This document shows, piece after piece, positions 48,731 through 58,275 of a stretch of DNA of 64,000 nucleotides (its first letter is position 1; every line of letters starts with the position of its first letter). Source of the stretch: Deltaproteobacteria bacterium (GTDB lineage: Bacteria > Myxococcota_A > Polyangia > Fen-1088); the NCBI GenBank assembly GCA_033763315.1, contig JANRKS010000032.1, positions 480,001 to 544,000 of the forward strand, in the 5' to 3' direction. Both the position numbers and the translations under genes were made by a program. The notes under the pieces were generated by a model that did not search any database, was not told the DNA's origin, and saw only the letters and a program-made list of their open reading frames with translations.

Positions 48731-51700
48731 TGCGTGTGTTGCGCTGGTTGGGCTTAGGCGTGTTGTTGTTGATTGTGTTGGTGGCCGGCGCCGCGGCGTA
48801 CGCGGTATCGCATCACGGGCTCAACACACTGGCGCAATGGGGGCTCAAGAGATACAACGCCACCTTCGTGGGGCAAGTGCAAGTGCGTGAACTGCAGCGC
48901 CACGGCACGGCGCTCACGCTTCTTGATGTTTCGGTTCTCTACAACGGTGTTGTGGTTGCGCACGTAGATCAAGTGAAGGTGCAGCCTCACTGGAAGACGC
49001 TGCGGCCACAGAACATCAGCATCGATACGTTCGATCTGTTGCGACCAACCTTGTTGCTGCAGAAGGATGCAGCGGACGGAAAGTTCACGGTGGCCAAGGC
49101 CCTGGAGCCTAAGCAGGAAGAACCCAAGAAAGACTCCAGTCACAAGAAGAGCAACCCGCCGAAGGTCACTCTGGGGCGCCTACACGTAGAAAATGCGGCT
49201 GTCCGCTATGTGGGGCCGCCCCAAGAACTGGCGGTGGCCAAGATTGATTTAGATGTTCACGCGAGTGTAGCGTGGCCTCGCATCGAAGCGCTGACCGTGA
49301 GTGTGGCTGGCCAACTTGAAAAGCCCGACAGGCTTCCCTTCCGCCTGCGCGCGGAGGCGCAAGGGTTAGCACCCGAGGGGCTAAACGGGCACGTGGCGTT
49401 GTCTGTGGACAATGGCGTCGTGCAAGGCATCGCGTTCAAAGACGTGGCGATCGATGCCGCCGTGAAAGATGGCATCGCCACCATCGCTCGTTTGCAAGCC
49501 AATGTGGATGGAAACGAGCTGCGTGTATCAGGACGCGCAGGGCCATGGAAGACGCTTCTCACGCCGTTCGCTGTAAACGCGTCCGTTGAGCTTGCTGATC
49601 TTGCGGGGACGGCAAGCCGGCTTCGCACGTTTGGCGTTGATGTGCCGCCGCTGGCTGGATCGGGCGAACTTACGGTGAACGCCGAAGGAACACCGCTTGC
49701 GCCCGTGGTAAAGGCCACAGGAAAGTTTGCGCAACTGCAGGCCGACACCATGCGCGTCGAAGCGCTGGCCCTGTCACCAATAACGGGCGGCAAGCTGCAA
49801 AACGAACACCGTTTGGTGTTGCAGGGTGTGCAAGTGGACAAGCAGGCCTTAGGTACGTTGACGGTGCAGGCAGGGCTTCTTAAGGGGATGACGCTGCAAG
49901 GAACGCTCTTGGTGCAACACCCCGGTGCGAACGTGCAAGCCAGGTATGAGCTCCCGCTCTTGGCTTTGAAGGCGGACAACACCGTGCCGCTGCCGTTAAG
50001 CTTCGACGTCACCGCCACCGTCCCCTCAATCACAAAAGCGGCGCGCGCGTTCGGCGTCCGCGGCCCACCGCTTGAGGGCAATGTCCAGGCGACGCTGTCA
50101 GTAAGCGGCACCTTGGGCGGTCCCGCCTTTCCTGACGTGAATGTGAAGGTAGAAGCCAGGCGCCTCCGTCTTGGGCAGCAATCCCTAGGCGATGTGGCCG
50201 CCACGGTTCTCATGCCAGCGGGGCAAAGCCTGGCGGCCGAGGTGGATTTCACAAACCCGCAGGCGATCCAGCGCTCTCACATACGCTTGCGGGGACGATG
50301 GCGTCGCCCCCTCGACGTTCGCGATGCACAAGCGTGGCGCGCCGCGATCATGCGGATGACGTTCGACACCGATGTGGATGTGAAAGGTGCCGACCTCGCT
50401 GCTTTGAAAACGTTGGCGCAGCCCTCGCTTCCGCCAACATCCTTGGCCGCCTTTGAAGGCTTACAGGGCGATGCGGCTTTGCAGATGCACGCGAAGGGAT
50501 CGATGACCAGCGTGCAGGGCCAACTGGACCTCGTGGTGCACGAAGTGCGCACGAATCGGTTTCCCGCCACCAACATTACGTTGCAAACGAACATCATGCC
50601 AGCCCGTTCAAACTTGGACCTGCGCGTGGACACTGTGGCCAAGGTGAACAACCTCCAACTGGCGGAACGTTCAGACGTTCGTTTTCGCGGCCGATGGCGG
50701 ACGCCCGGCAACCTGCAGAACCCGAACGCCTGGCGCGCCGCCATTATGCGCATGACGTATGACGCCGACGTTGACGTCAAAGGCGTTGACCTTGCTGTGC
50801 TCAAAACACTGGCGGCGGCAACGGCACGCCCAGGGGCTTTGGCAGCCTTGGAAGGGCTGAAAGGCCGCGCGGGGCTGCAAGCTCATGCGAAGGGATCTTT
50901 GCAATCGGCCCAAGGCACCTTGAGCCTGCTCGTGGACCGTGCGCGCACGAACCGCTTCCCAGCGACGAACGTGAATTTGCAGGCAAACCTCACAACGACG
51001 GATGCGAACCTGTCTTTACGGATAGACACCGTTGCCAAAGGCAACGCCGCGCGTTTGGTGATGTTGACCGCGCAAGGCAGGCCCGCGGGCCGCATGCTTG
51101 ATGTGAAGGCTTGGCAGCACGCAGACGTGCAGTGGCAAGCGGAGCTTGGGCCCCTGCGCATGCAGCAGATCCAGTCGTTCGCGCCAGAGCCATCGCAGTT
51201 CACGATGGAACCAATGCAGGGACGGTTTCATGCGTTGATGAGTGGCAAGGGAACCTTGCCGGCGCCCAACGCGCACGTCGAGGTCACAGTGTCGCAAATC
51301 AAGCGCGGTACGCGCGCGCTGGGCGAGATCGATATCAAGGCTGACTACGAAAAGATGATCCCTAAGCTAGTGGCCCACCTAACCAGCGCCAATGGTGGCA
51401 CCTTTGACGTGAACGTTCACACCACGAGACCTTTGCCATTGGCACCCCTGCCGGCGCGTGAAGCTTTGCCCCCCACGAATGTGAACGTGACGGCCACGGC
51501 GTTCAACCTGGCCCTGTTCGACGGCTGGATCGAGAGCTTGCGTGGCGTGGGCGGCATGATGAATGGACACCTCAACGTCGGTGGCACCATGGCGGCGCCC
51601 AAATTCGAGGGCAACCTATCGGTAAAAGATGGATCGGTCGAGGTCATAGAAGTCGCCCGCTTCGAAGACATTGATGTACGGATGAAAGCCGCGCCGGGGC

Positions 51701-52860
51701 AGTTGATTCTTGAAGCTTTCAATTTTGAAAGTGGTGCGGGGCGGGGTGAGATGACGGCCAAACTTGAACGCACGGGTAAGGACGCTATGGCGCTCACAGG
51801 CGCGTTGAAGCTGCGCCGGTTTCCTTTGCAGGCGCCGCAACGAAAGTTGGGCGAGCTTGACCTCAACGCCGGCTGGAAAGGCACCGTTACCTTGAGCAAG
51901 CTCACGATCGAGCCTTTGCATATTCGAGAAGCGCGGGTCTATGCCGAGCGCGCCAAAGCAAAAGCCCTGCAGGATCTCGATCGACCCGACGACCTGGTGT
52001 TGTTCAATGGCGGGCAACCCGCCACGAAGGCCGAGCGCAAAAAGTATGCTGGCCTCGTCGCCAAAGAGGCCGTGAGGGACGATCAGGCGAACGCGGTGGC
52101 GCCTGCGGGCCTCGCGCTGCCTGCGTTGGGATCGTATCCCATGTTCATCCACGTCAAAGCGCCGCGCAACATATGGGTTCGCGGCGATGACGGTTCGCTT
52201 GAGTTGGGGCTAGGCGACAACTTCCGCATCGAGCGTGAGGACGGTCTTGAGATCTATGGCTCCGTCTTCGTGAGGCGCGGCCGTGTGAGTGTGCTGGGCC
52301 GCGCTTTCGAGATCCGCGATACGTCTGAAGTGAAGTTCATGGGAGAACCGGGCAACCCACAGTTGGATTGCACCGTTGACCACTTCAACGACCAAGAGCA
52401 AGTGCAGATTACGATCACAGTGAAAGGCAGGGCCGAGAATTTGAACGTGAAATTCACGTCGAATCCGCCGTTGGCGCAGACCGAGATCCTTTCTATTTTA
52501 CTTACGGGCCGCAGGGAACCTGTGGGCGCGGGCGGCGCGCGAGGGGGTGGGGGCCAGCCCCAGCAGCAGGCGGCCGCTTTGGCCGGCGGCATGTTGGCTT
52601 CCAAACTGCGCGGAACGATTCTCCGCCGTTTGCCGGTGGATGTTCTTTCGATCAGCGCCAATGCAATTGAGGCCGGGACGTACGTCACCGATCGGCTGTA
52701 TGTTGGGTATGTCCGCCGTCTTCTGGCGCAGCCTTGGCGTTATGAGAACCAAAACGCTCTGCACCTTGAATATCAACTGACGCCGCGCTGGAGCTTCGAA
52801 GGTGAATACGGCGACGTTGGTTCAGGCAGCGGCGATTTGGTGTGGAAGAAAAACTATTGA
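48730..52860 (+). CDS. TamB/AsmA-like translocation and assembly module protein
   Basis: N-terminal TM anchor, long beta-rich body, DUF490-like C-terminus; TGATG coupling to the tamA-like gene. Confidence 0.85.
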   Translation: MRVLRWLGLGVLLLIVLVAGAAAYAVSHHGLNTLAQWGLKRYNATFVGQVQVRELQRHGTALTLLDVSVLYNGVVVAHVDQVKVQPHWKTLRPQNISIDTFDLLRPTLLLQKDAADGKFTVAKALEPKQEEPKKDSSHKKSNPPKVTLGRLHVENAAVRYVGPPQELAVAKIDLDVHASVAWPRIEALTVSVAGQLEKPDRLPFRLRAEAQGLAPEGLNGHVALSVDNGVVQGIAFKDVAIDAAVKDGIATIARLQANVDGNELRVSGRAGPWKTLLTPFAVNASVELADLAGTASRLRTFGVDVPPLAGSGELTVNAEGTPLAPVVKATGKFAQLQADTMRVEALALSPITGGKLQNEHRLVLQGVQVDKQALGTLTVQAGLLKGMTLQGTLLVQHPGANVQARYELPLLALKADNTVPLPLSFDVTATVPSITKAARAFGVRGPPLEGNVQATLSVSGTLGGPAFPDVNVKVEARRLRLGQQSLGDVAATVLMPAGQSLAAEVDFTNPQAIQRSHIRLRGRWRRPLDVRDAQAWRAAIMRMTFDTDVDVKGADLAALKTLAQPSLPPTSLAAFEGLQGDAALQMHAKGSMTSVQGQLDLVVHEVRTNRFPATNITLQTNIMPARSNLDLRVDTVAKVNNLQLAERSDVRFRGRWRTPGNLQNPNAWRAAIMRMTYDADVDVKGVDLAVLKTLAAATARPGALAALEGLKGRAGLQAHAKGSLQSAQGTLSLLVDRARTNRFPATNVNLQANLTTTDANLSLRIDTVAKGNAARLVMLTAQGRPAGRMLDVKAWQHADVQWQAELGPLRMQQIQSFAPEPSQFTMEPMQGRFHALMSGKGTLPAPNAHVEVTVSQIKRGTRALGEIDIKADYEKMIPKLVAHLTSANGGTFDVNVHTTRPLPLAPLPAREALPPTNVNVTATAFNLALFDGWIESLRGVGGMMNGHLNVGGTMAAPKFEGNLSVKDGSVEVIEVARFEDIDVRMKAAPGQLILEAFNFESGAGRGEMTAKLERTGKDAMALTGALKLRRFPLQAPQRKLGELDLNAGWKGTVTLSKLTIEPLHIREARVYAERAKAKALQDLDRPDDLVLFNGGQPATKAERKKYAGLVAKEAVRDDQANAVAPAGLALPALGSYPMFIHVKAPRNIWVRGDDGSLELGLGDNFRIEREDGLEIYGSVFVRRGRVSVLGRAFEIRDTSEVKFMGEPGNPQLDCTVDHFNDQEQVQITITVKGRAENLNVKFTSNPPLAQTEILSILLTGRREPVGAGGARGGGGQPQQQAAALAGGMLASKLRGTILRRLPVDVLSISANAIEAGTYVTDRLYVGYVRRLLAQPWRYENQNALHLEYQLTPRWSFEGEYGDVGSGSGDLVWKKNY
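50272..51045 (+). repeat. Internal tandem duplication (396 bp / 132 aa period) in the tamB-like gene
   Basis: RGRWR...AWRAAIMRMT.D.DVDVKG.DLA.LKTLA...HAKGS...RTNRFPATN...DTVAK occurs twice (units start 50272 and 50668). Confidence 0.9.
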
Positions 52861-52963
52861 TGGTTGTGTAACGGCAGACCCGCCCGTTACCGCCCTGACA
52901 CGCATTTTCTGAAAATCGAAGGCCATCTGAGTGTAAGTGGGGCCGATGCACATGTGTCGCAAG

Positions 52964-52979
52964 TGGCACGAGACTTGAA
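52964..52979 (+). promoter_or_regulatory. sigma54-like promoter TGGCACGAGACTTGAA
   Basis: Perfect -24 element; GTAAC-N13-GTTAC upstream at 52868-52890. Confidence 0.65.
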
Positions 52980-53033
52980 TTAGTGCAGGTCGTTCACATC
53001 GACAAAACGACACTCTAACAGGAGCAAAGAGCT

Positions 53034-53306
53034 ATGAATCCAGCGTACGGCATCATCATGTGGGTCATTATTGGGGCATTGGCAGGTTGGATCGGCAGCA
53101 AGATCATGGGTACCGACGCTCGCCAAGGTGGTTTGGCCAACATCATCATCGGCATCATCGGCGCTGTGGTTGGTGGCTTCATTGCCCGCGCTGTCTTCGG
53201 TGATAGTTCGTCAAACAACGGATTCATCGCCAGCACGGTTGTGGCGCTGTTGGGCTCCATCATCGTCATCGGCATTTGGAAAGCGTTGTCACGACGCACA
53301 GCCTGA
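53034..53306 (+). CDS. GlsB/YeaQ/YmgE family stress-response membrane protein
   Basis: WVIIGALAGWIGSKIM...NIIIGIIGAVVGGFI. Confidence 0.92.
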   Translation: MNPAYGIIMWVIIGALAGWIGSKIMGTDARQGGLANIIIGIIGAVVGGFIARAVFGDSSSNNGFIASTVVALLGSIIVIGIWKALSRRTA

Positions 53307-53349
53307 GCCGGTGATTATCTTTATTTAGAAAAGCTTATTTTGGGGGCGG

Positions 53350-54492
53350 GTGGCGATGTCACGAGGCGGACGAAGGGCGTTAATCGCGCTGGGGGTGGTT
53401 ATAGGTGTCTGCCTTTTGATTCGGGTGGTTCTTGACCCGCTGGCGACGTGGGCGATTCGTCGCCAGCTCAAGAAAACACCTGGTATGGATGGCGTTATTG
53501 CCGGTGCGCACGTTTCAATTGTGCCGCCGGGTTTGACGATTGATCGCCTAAAGTTGATCGAAGTGCCTGGCGGTTCGTGGAAAGAGCCGCTGTTCTACGC
53601 AGAACGCATTGAGGGCGGTTTGTTGTGGCGCGCCCTGTTTGAGGGCGATTTGGTGATGAAGGCACGAATCGAGAAGCCGAAGGTTGTGGTTTACCGCCGT
53701 GCCAAATCGAAGGCCAGCAAAGGCATTGATCTGGCAACCATGCTCGAGAAGCAAGCGCCCGTGAAGGTGGCACGCATTGAAGTGGTTGATGGCGAGCTGA
53801 CGCTTGCAGCGGGCGAAGGCAAGGACAACCCCACTATATGGCTGCATGATTTTGAGATCGTGGCGCAGAACCTGGCTTCGCGAAAAGATCTGGGCGAAGG
53901 GCGTCCTGCCACGGTAATGGCGCGCGGAAAGCTGCAACGCACGGCCACGGTCGAAATGTTCGCAACATTGGATCCGTGGAATAAGGGCCTCAATTTTTCT
54001 GGGCGTGCTTCCATGCGCGGCCTTGGCGGTTCGGACATCAATGGATTGCTTGCGGCCAAGGGCGATATGGTCCTTAAAGCAGGCACGGTTGATCTGTTCT
54101 CTGAATTCGACGTGCGCAAAGGTGTGATCTCGGGCGGCGTGAAACCCGTGCTCAAGAACATCGAAGTGCGCTCTGCCGATGACGGTTTGTGGAACCGTTT
54201 CAAGGCGTGGGTGGTGGATGAATCCTTGGACATTCTGTCTGACGACGTGCCAGGCAGGGACGCTGTGGCCACTGTGGTCCCCTTGAAGGGGCGCATCGAT
54301 GCGCCGGAGGCGCAAATTACGCCTGCGATCATCGGCGTCATTCGCAATGCATTTGTGGTGGGCCTGCGTTCTGGGTTTTCACATTTGCCGCCGCCGCAGG
54401 CCGGCGAAAAAGAATCCACCGTGAAACAGATCAAAGAGGGCCTCGATCGTAAGAAGGGGCCCCCAGAGGCACAACCAAGCAAGAAGTCATGA
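53350..54492 (+). CDS. DUF748-like AsmA-family protein
   Basis: N-terminal TM, beta-rich body, ISGGVKPVLKNIEV...VATVVPLKG...VIRNAFV. Confidence 0.7.
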   Translation: MAMSRGGRRALIALGVVIGVCLLIRVVLDPLATWAIRRQLKKTPGMDGVIAGAHVSIVPPGLTIDRLKLIEVPGGSWKEPLFYAERIEGGLLWRALFEGDLVMKARIEKPKVVVYRRAKSKASKGIDLATMLEKQAPVKVARIEVVDGELTLAAGEGKDNPTIWLHDFEIVAQNLASRKDLGEGRPATVMARGKLQRTATVEMFATLDPWNKGLNFSGRASMRGLGGSDINGLLAAKGDMVLKAGTVDLFSEFDVRKGVISGGVKPVLKNIEVRSADDGLWNRFKAWVVDESLDILSDDVPGRDAVATVVPLKGRIDAPEAQITPAIIGVIRNAFVVGLRSGFSHLPPPQAGEKESTVKQIKEGLDRKKGPPEAQPSKKS

Positions 54493-54914
54493 TGTACGCA
54501 TTTGTGAAACGCGCTCTGTTTATCGGATTGATGGTCATCGCGCCTGGGGCCTGCAGCCACACCAAAGAAGTGGAAAGCGGATCGGAGGCCAGCAAGGCAG
54601 CGAAGCCCGAGAAACAAGACAATGCCGCCACCTCATCGACCAGGGCCAAGCCGGCCTCGCGTGGCCGGGGAAACGACGACGTCCCGTTGGCCAGCGACCC
54701 GCTACGGATGCTGACACCCGAGGGCCAAAAGGCTTTGCGTGAAGAACTTAAGCGCCGCGACTTGTTGCAAGAGCAAGGGTCAGTGCCAGCGGCCCTGCGC
54801 AAGTTTCAAGCGTCGCAAGGCATTCCCGAGACGGGCATGCCCGACGATGAGACGCTCAAACGGTTGGGGCTTGATCCAAACGATGTGGTTGTGCGGGTGC
54901 GCCCCGCGACGTAG
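54489..54914 (+). CDS. Lipoprotein with peptidoglycan-binding domain
   Basis: Lipobox PGAC; ALRKFQASQGIPETGMPDDETLKRLG. Confidence 0.8.
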   Translation: MMYAFVKRALFIGLMVIAPGACSHTKEVESGSEASKAAKPEKQDNAATSSTRAKPASRGRGNDDVPLASDPLRMLTPEGQKALREELKRRDLLQEQGSVPAALRKFQASQGIPETGMPDDETLKRLGLDPNDVVVRVRPAT

Positions 54915-55938
54915 TTTTGCTTTTGGTCTCTGCGGTGTGGCCAGCGACCACGTCGTGAACAAAGCGCAGCTTGGCGATGGCCGCCGCTGACAACGCGAAG
55001 GGATACCAATCCAGGTGACCCATCGAACGGTTCAGCCCGTTGAGCGCGAACGTCAACGGATACCAGTAGGCCATCATCGCGTCGAATTTGTCGCCTGGAG
55101 CGGCGGGCAACTTCAGCTTCTCGGTGTCAGCGCCGGTTGTGGGATCCTTGCGCGGCCGCAATTGCACGCCGTATGAACGCCCGGTGTCCACGGCGTCAAC
55201 GATGTGAAGATAATGCGCCCATGTTTCCGCCCAGTCTTCCCAGGGGTGCATGGATGCATAGGCGCTCACGCAGCGGCTGCTCCAGTCAGGCGGCGCGCCC
55301 TCTGAATAGTGCCGCTTAAGCGCCTCATCATAGCTTACGCGTTCATCGCCAAACACCTCGCGAAATCCCGCCAAGCGGCTCTCTGAAGGCGCCACCAGCA
55401 AATCCCAATAATAGTGACCCACCTCGTGTCGCAGGTGGCCGAGCAGCGTTCGGTAAGGTTCACCAAGGCTCAACCGCAACGTCTCGCGAAAAGGGCTGTC
55501 AGCCTCCTTCACGTTAAGCGTGATGACGCCGTCGGCGTGTCCCGTGATCACAGGGGCTCCGTCTTGCGGCATCAACAGATCGAAGGTCAATCCCGATGGT
55601 GACTGCAGCTTTGATTGGATGGGCAGCTTCAGATCCAAAAGCTCGTACACCAAGCGCCGCTTGGCGGCTTCAATCTTCTGCCACCCTAACCGTGCATCTG
55701 CGTCGGCTTTGTTGGGAATGGTTCGGTTGAGGCTGCAACACACGCACAACGAATCTTCGGCGGGTGCCAGCCAATTGCAGCCCCCGTCCGCGAAGTTCGC
55801 ACAACGCTTGTGCTCCGTTGTCACCACAACCAATCCTGCGGCCGTCGGGTCAAACGCCAGAGAAGTTTGGCAATGCACGCATTGCACGTTCTCGAAATAG
55901 CTGACTTCTTCACACTGTGGACACGCAAAAAGCCTCAT
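54856..55938 (-). CDS. Zinc-ribbon plus putative zinc-binding metallopeptidase
   Basis: N-terminal CxxC pairs; HLRHEVGHYYW; HPWEDWAETWAHYLH; start ATG 55938. Confidence 0.88.
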   Translation of the reverse strand: MRLFACPQCEEVSYFENVQCVHCQTSLAFDPTAAGLVVVTTEHKRCANFADGGCNWLAPAEDSLCVCCSLNRTIPNKADADARLGWQKIEAAKRRLVYELLDLKLPIQSKLQSPSGLTFDLLMPQDGAPVITGHADGVITLNVKEADSPFRETLRLSLGEPYRTLLGHLRHEVGHYYWDLLVAPSESRLAGFREVFGDERVSYDEALKRHYSEGAPPDWSSRCVSAYASMHPWEDWAETWAHYLHIVDAVDTGRSYGVQLRPRKDPTTGADTEKLKLPAAPGDKFDAMMAYWYPLTFALNGLNRSMGHLDWYPFALSAAAIAKLRFVHDVVAGHTAETKSKTTSRGAPAQPHRLDQAPTV

Positions 55939-55953
55939 TGCGATGGGGGTGAG

Positions 55954-55969
55954 TGCAAGGCATGTGCCC
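55954..55969 (-). promoter_or_regulatory. sigma54-like promoter GGGCACATGCCTTGCA
   Basis: GGCAC-N5-TTGCA. Confidence 0.65.
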
Positions 55970-56094
55970 CCTCTATGTGACATTTCAAGTCGCCTAGGAA
56001 CGATCGCTGTATCGCCCGTGTTACGGTTGAGGACTCACGTGCATGGGCGGTAACGGTCCTTGGGCACCTCGCCTCATTTAGGCAACATCCAGAT

Positions 56095-56110
56095 TGGCAC
56101 GGACCTTGTT
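56095..56110 (+). promoter_or_regulatory. sigma54-like promoter TGGCACGGACCTTGTT
   Basis: Perfect -24 element, -12 GT variant. Confidence 0.6.
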
Positions 56111-56122
56111 ATCGGTGGTCAC

Positions 56123-58273
56123 ATGCGCCTTGAGCCAGGAAAAACCTGCTGGACCGTGGAGACCGGAAGCCAAGTGAAGCTGCTCGTTGATGCGGCCGCT
56201 TACTACGAAGACCTGCGGCGGTCCTGCACACGCGCGCGCCACAGCATTTATCTGCTGGGCTGGGACATCGATTCGCGAACGCCGCTGCACGGTGAGCGAC
56301 CGCCCGATGACGGACTGCCGGCGCAGTTGCTGCCGTTTCTTACGGCGCTACTCGAACGCACGCCCAGCCTGAACGTTTACATCCTCGCGTGGGACTTCGC
56401 GTTGTTGTACGTGTGGGAACGGCAAACCTTGCCCTCCTACCGCTTCGCATGGGAAGGTCACGAGCGGCTCACATTTCGGATGGATGATCATCACCCGCCA
56501 GGGGCCTCACATCATCAGAAGATGGTCGTCATCGACGATGCGGTGGCGTTTTGTGGCGGGATCGATCTAACACTGGCGCGGTGGGATACGAACGCGCACC
56601 TGGCGAACGACCCGCGGCGAACGACGCCCGACGGGAACACTCACCATCCCATGCACGACGCACAACTGGCGGTGTCGGGCCCCGCGGCCCGCAAGCTTGG
56701 AGACTTGTTTCGGGAACGTTGGCGCTGCGCTCAAGACACTTCGTTGCCCGCGCCGCCGCTGGGCCAGCTTGCCCTCGACCATGCGGAGCTGACGGACGTG
56801 AAGGTCGGGATTTGCCGAACCATGTGCCACGATGAAAGCCAATGCATCACCGAGGTGGAGGCGCTGACCGTCACCGCCATCCGCGAAGCCAAGGAACACA
56901 TTTACATCGAGAACCAATATCTCTCGTCGGCCGCCGTGGGTCGTGCCCTGCAGGAAAGTCTGAGCCAACCGCAGGGGCCCGAAATCCTCATCGTGCTGCC
57001 CAAGGCCGAATCCGGCTGGCTGGAACAAGAGTCGATGGGATTGCTTAAACAGCGGCTGTTGGCAGGCCTTCGTAAGGCCGACGTGGGAAAACGGCTGCGC
57101 GTGCTTTATCCATTTGTTCGTGCCGAAGACGGACGCGAGGTTGACGTTTACGTGCACAGCAAACTCGTGTTCGTGGATCACCAGTTCGCCAAAGTTGGAT
57201 CTTCGAATCTGAGCAATCGATCGATGCGGCTCGACAGCGAGTGTGACCTTGCCATCTTGGCCTACGGCAATGGCACTGTGAGCCGCGCCATCGCCGGGTG
57301 GCGCGCGCGCTTGTTGGCGGAGCACCTGGGGCTGACGGTTGAGCACGTTGAACAGGGCCTGCAGGAACAAGGCATGCTGGCCTTTATTGACACTCAGGCA
57401 AAGAACGAGCGCGGCCTTCGGCCGGTTCCTGAAACGGTGATCACGGATCCCAATTTTGATTTCAGCGTTTACGACGGCGTGTTCTCCGATCCTGAAAAGC
57501 CGCTCAGTGCCGAAGCTTTGTTGGGCGAAGCCATGCCCGAGCCGCAACGGCGCTTGGTGCGCAGCACGTTGGCGCTATACACCGTGGTGGCGCTCGTCAT
57601 CTTGGGCGGCCTAGTGGCCGCGAAGCTCGGCTGGCTGTCGCCGCAGGTCACGGCGGCTGCCGCCTGGTTTCACGCAAAGCTTGAGCCCTACCTGGACTCG
57701 CTGCCCGGTTGGATTGGCTTGGGCTTGGCCACAGCTTTGGTCACCAGCGTGTTTGTGCCGCTTAGTATAACGATGGCCACCGTGTGCGTGCTGACGCCCG
57801 GTTGGCCCGCCTTCGGCATTCTCTTTTCGGGCGCGCTCTCTGCTGCCCTTGGCACCTACTGGGTGGGGCGTTTGTTCCTGCAAGAGCTGCATATACCGTG
57901 GCTGCAGCGGCGCACCCAAAAGCTGCGGCCGCGCCTTCGCCATGGCGGCTTCCTGGCTGTGCTCATTGCACGCTTGGTGCCCGTCGGCAGCTTCACCTTG
58001 ATCAATCTCGTGGCCGGTGCCTTGCGTATTCCTTTTCCAGCGTACGCGTTAGCCAATGCCGTTGGCTTGTTACCGGGCATCACCTTGATGTCGCTGCTCT
58101 CCGGGAGGTTTGCGGCCTACTGGCAGCACGCCAACACACGCAACGCTGTGGTCGCGGGGTTGTCTGTGTGCCTTTTGTTGGGCGGCTTCGCTCTCATCGG
58201 CTACTTGGTGCGCCGACAACTGGGGGCCCGTCGATCACGTGGCGACGTGGCGCCTGTGCAGGAAGGTGCGTAG
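56123..58273 (+). CDS. Phospholipase D (two HKD motifs) fused to a VTT/DedA domain
   Basis: HHQKMVVID and HSKLVFVD; C-terminal ARLVPVGSFTLINLVAG; start ATG 56123. Confidence 0.9.
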   Translation: MRLEPGKTCWTVETGSQVKLLVDAAAYYEDLRRSCTRARHSIYLLGWDIDSRTPLHGERPPDDGLPAQLLPFLTALLERTPSLNVYILAWDFALLYVWERQTLPSYRFAWEGHERLTFRMDDHHPPGASHHQKMVVIDDAVAFCGGIDLTLARWDTNAHLANDPRRTTPDGNTHHPMHDAQLAVSGPAARKLGDLFRERWRCAQDTSLPAPPLGQLALDHAELTDVKVGICRTMCHDESQCITEVEALTVTAIREAKEHIYIENQYLSSAAVGRALQESLSQPQGPEILIVLPKAESGWLEQESMGLLKQRLLAGLRKADVGKRLRVLYPFVRAEDGREVDVYVHSKLVFVDHQFAKVGSSNLSNRSMRLDSECDLAILAYGNGTVSRAIAGWRARLLAEHLGLTVEHVEQGLQEQGMLAFIDTQAKNERGLRPVPETVITDPNFDFSVYDGVFSDPEKPLSAEALLGEAMPEPQRRLVRSTLALYTVVALVILGGLVAAKLGWLSPQVTAAAAWFHAKLEPYLDSLPGWIGLGLATALVTSVFVPLSITMATVCVLTPGWPAFGILFSGALSAALGTYWVGRLFLQELHIPWLQRRTQKLRPRLRHGGFLAVLIARLVPVGSFTLINLVAGALRIPFPAYALANAVGLLPGITLMSLLSGRFAAYWQHANTRNAVVAGLSVCLLLGGFALIGYLVRRQLGARRSRGDVAPVQEGA

Positions 58274-58275
58274 CG

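Noticed and set aside
57784-58275. N-terminal extension of the EEP ORF
   Set aside because: Out-of-frame overlap with the PLD-DedA gene; EEP motifs begin after 58276
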